A DNA stretch of 64,000 bases, taken from the IMG/VR virus record IMGVR_UViG_3300027857_000004, positions 1 through 64,000 of that record; one strand, written 5' to 3'. Each line of letters begins with the position of its first letter. Within the stretch, counting starts at the first letter, position 1. Both the position numbers and the translations under genes were made by a program. This DNA comes from a virus. The notes under the pieces are model-generated. The model made no database searches, had not been told where the DNA came from, and worked only from the letters and a program-made list of their open reading frames with translations. Below are positions 61,877 through 64,000 of the stretch, one piece after another.

Positions 61877-64000
61877 ATGGCAGACGCAGACAGACCGTCC
61901 GAGGCGTTACCTTTCGCCCTAACGAACACCGGGTATCCAACAAATGCCCTAGGTGCGATTATTCAGTCGCCCGAAGTCACAGCGAAGGGTGAACCTACGC
62001 AGCGCAGCGTTCGCGATATCGCCCAGGCGCGTGATATCGTCCGGACCGTGATGATGGCATCGCGAAATCGCTCAATTGTGAATTCGCGAATCCTTGCGAA
62101 GTTCAATGCCGAGCGTCCGTATAACGCGGACCGGCTTGAGGCAGAAGGATTAGGCTGGCGAAGCAATTTTACCACTAAGCCACTGCCGAGCATGATTGAA
62201 CAGGTGGCGCCGCGGTTCATGGCAGCCATTAACGGGCTCAAGTATTTCACCAACTCGTCGCTCTCAAATAAGTGGCAAGCGTCGACCGAGAAGACAGAGG
62301 ATTTTCGAAAAGAAGTCACCCAGACAATCAAGAATCACAAAGGCTTTCGAACGCTCATCGAAGACATCGCTTTCAACAATGCGCTGTTCGGGCACTCGAT
62401 TGTTTCGTGGCTCGATGATTACAGTTTTTTCCCGCGCCACTTCGACCAGGATTTGTCGTTCGTCGCGGACGGCACGAAATCCGATACACGATGGGCGCAG
62501 ATTGTGGTGTTGAAAGAGAATCTTCTCACGCACGAGCTTTTCGCGCAAATCGAAGACAAAGAATCCGCGGAAATCGCGGGCTGGAATCTGCCGAACACTG
62601 CGCAGGCGATTAATCGCGCCTCACCGATTCAGGTTCGCGACCGGCTGAATGTCGGCGGAACTTTGGAAACGTGGTATCAGAATGCGCTTCGAGAGCTGAC
62701 TATCGGCGCCAGCTGGATGGCGGGCAATTCGATTGTGGTGGTTTACAATTTGCTCGTGCGCGAAGTCACCGGCAAGTTTTCACACTACCGAATGGCTGGC
62801 CCAGAGTTGACAGATATTTTTCAACGGCTCGACCAGTTCGACAATGCGTCCGATTGTCTTACATTTTACTCTTTCCAAAAAGGCAACGGCACTCTCCACG
62901 GCAGCAAAGGAATTGGCCGAGACATTTACGAGCTGGCGGGGATGCTCGACCGAACCCGAAATGAAATCGTTGACCGGCTGATTATGTCCGGCAAGACGCT
63001 CGTGCAGGGCGATGCGAAACGGTTTCACACTTTCAAGACTGGAGTGTTCGGCAACATGATTTTGCTGCCGAAAGAATGGACCGTGTTGGAGCAGAAGATT
63101 GATGGCAACGTCGACAGCTTTATCAAGCTCGATGCATTTTTCAAGCAATTAGTGAACGAGCTGATTGGCTCGACCAGCACGCCGAACGTCGCGCAAGCGG
63201 GCGAGGGAATGCGTTCCCCGGCGGCATGGAATCTTCTCGCTTCTCGGGAAGAGGAATCTCGCGACATTCGAATCACCCGTTTTCTCGAACAGTTCACCGA
63301 CATGGTGGGCACGATGCAGAAACGCATTTGCGACCCGGACGTTGTCGAAGATGACGCGAAAGAATGTCGTCGTCGATTGCTTAAAAAGATGTCAGAAGAG
63401 GAACTGCAGGAACTAGCGCACAGCCCAGTTGCAGGCACCGTCAGCGATTTGACCCCGCAGCAACGGCAGCTGACAGTCATGCTCGCGCAGGAGAAGAAGG
63501 GCAACCCGCTTTACAATCAGCGGCAGTTGGAAGTTGAAGATTTAACCGCTCGCGTCAGCGCGGAATTCGCAGACAAAGTTTTGCTGCCGGACAACGACCC
63601 GACTGAGCAGGCCGAGCAGACTCGAATGCAGAACCTGGAAATGACTTTGTTGAGTGCCGGGCAGGCAGTTGAAGTCAGCCCTCGCGATAATCACATGATT
63701 CACCTCCAGGTGATTATGCCAGTTGCTGAGCAAGCGGGCGGGCATATCCAAGATGGCAGCATTGGCGTCAATGTTCTCGAAGCGATTGTAGCGCATATCA
63801 ACGAGCATTATCAGCAAGCGCTGAAGCAAGGCGTGAAGCAGGAAATGCTCAAAGATGTCAAAACTTTTCTAGCCAAAGCTGGCCCAGCGATAGCGAAGCT
63901 GCAGCAGATTGAGCAAGCTGCACAAGCACACGCGCAGGCCGGGCAGCAGCTCTCGCAAGGTCAAGAACCGGACATGCCGGGGCTCGTGAATTCTCCCACG
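61877..64000 (+). CDS. Putative portal protein (runs off the window end)
   Basis: Apparently open frame from ATG 61877 (MADADRPSEALPFAL...) to the window edge, over 700 aa and helix-rich; follows terL and has its own CGACT promoter at 61841-61871. Confidence 0.7.
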   Translation, partial: MADADRPSEALPFALTNTGYPTNALGAIIQSPEVTAKGEPTQRSVRDIAQARDIVRTVMMASRNRSIVNSRILAKFNAERPYNADRLEAEGLGWRSNFTTKPLPSMIEQVAPRFMAAINGLKYFTNSSLSNKWQASTEKTEDFRKEVTQTIKNHKGFRTLIEDIAFNNALFGHSIVSWLDDYSFFPRHFDQDLSFVADGTKSDTRWAQIVVLKENLLTHELFAQIEDKESAEIAGWNLPNTAQAINRASPIQVRDRLNVGGTLETWYQNALRELTIGASWMAGNSIVVVYNLLVREVTGKFSHYRMAGPELTDIFQRLDQFDNASDCLTFYSFQKGNGTLHGSKGIGRDIYELAGMLDRTRNEIVDRLIMSGKTLVQGDAKRFHTFKTGVFGNMILLPKEWTVLEQKIDGNVDSFIKLDAFFKQLVNELIGSTSTPNVAQAGEGMRSPAAWNLLASREEESRDIRITRFLEQFTDMVGTMQKRICDPDVVEDDAKECRRRLLKKMSEEELQELAHSPVAGTVSDLTPQQRQLTVMLAQEKKGNPLYNQRQLEVEDLTARVSAEFADKVLLPDNDPTEQAEQTRMQNLEMTLLSAGQAVEVSPRDNHMIHLQVIMPVAEQAGGHIQDGSIGVNVLEAIVAHINEHYQQALKQGVKQEMLKDVKTFLAKAGPAIAKLQQIEQAAQAHAQAGQQLSQGQEPDMPGLVNSPT

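Overview
The window is most of a tailed dsDNA bacteriophage genome with a podovirus-like gene order and no tape-measure gene. It opens in the 3' end of a probable major capsid gene and closes inside the portal gene, so only a short head-gene stretch appears to be missing. Plus strand 1-24.5 kb: virion, tail, possible lysis and ejection genes, ending in a 2556-aa modular polyvalent protein. Minus strand 24.4-47.5 kb: replication, recombination and nucleotide genes (phosphoesterase, RuvC-like resolvase, phage sigma factor, primase-helicase, family A DNA polymerase, SSB-like protein, PD-(D/E)XK exonuclease, SF2 helicase, dATP/dGTP diphosphohydrolase) plus many small ORFs. Plus strand 47.8-64 kb: TerS-like gene, about 10 kb of accessory genes, TerL and portal. 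Main observations: (1) a bipartite motif T(A/T)GC(G/C)-N17-CGACTRTWA occurs at 13 gene starts, mostly leaderless, and is probably the promoter read by the phage sigma factor, alongside a second class of sigma70-like leaderless promoters; (2) a DUF3494 ice-binding domain is inserted inside an FN3-like protein; (3) the giant protein is built of modules separated by xF[AS][PA] linkers, and one module is a paralogue of a free-standing 79-aa gene in the same genome; (4) a perfect 51-bp inverted repeat flanks an AT-rich core at the strand switch; (5) a ~250-nt highly base-paired non-coding region follows a serine recombinase; (6) there are 12 free-standing homing endonuclease genes, two of them decayed. 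All family calls come from reading motifs by eye; no database search was run.
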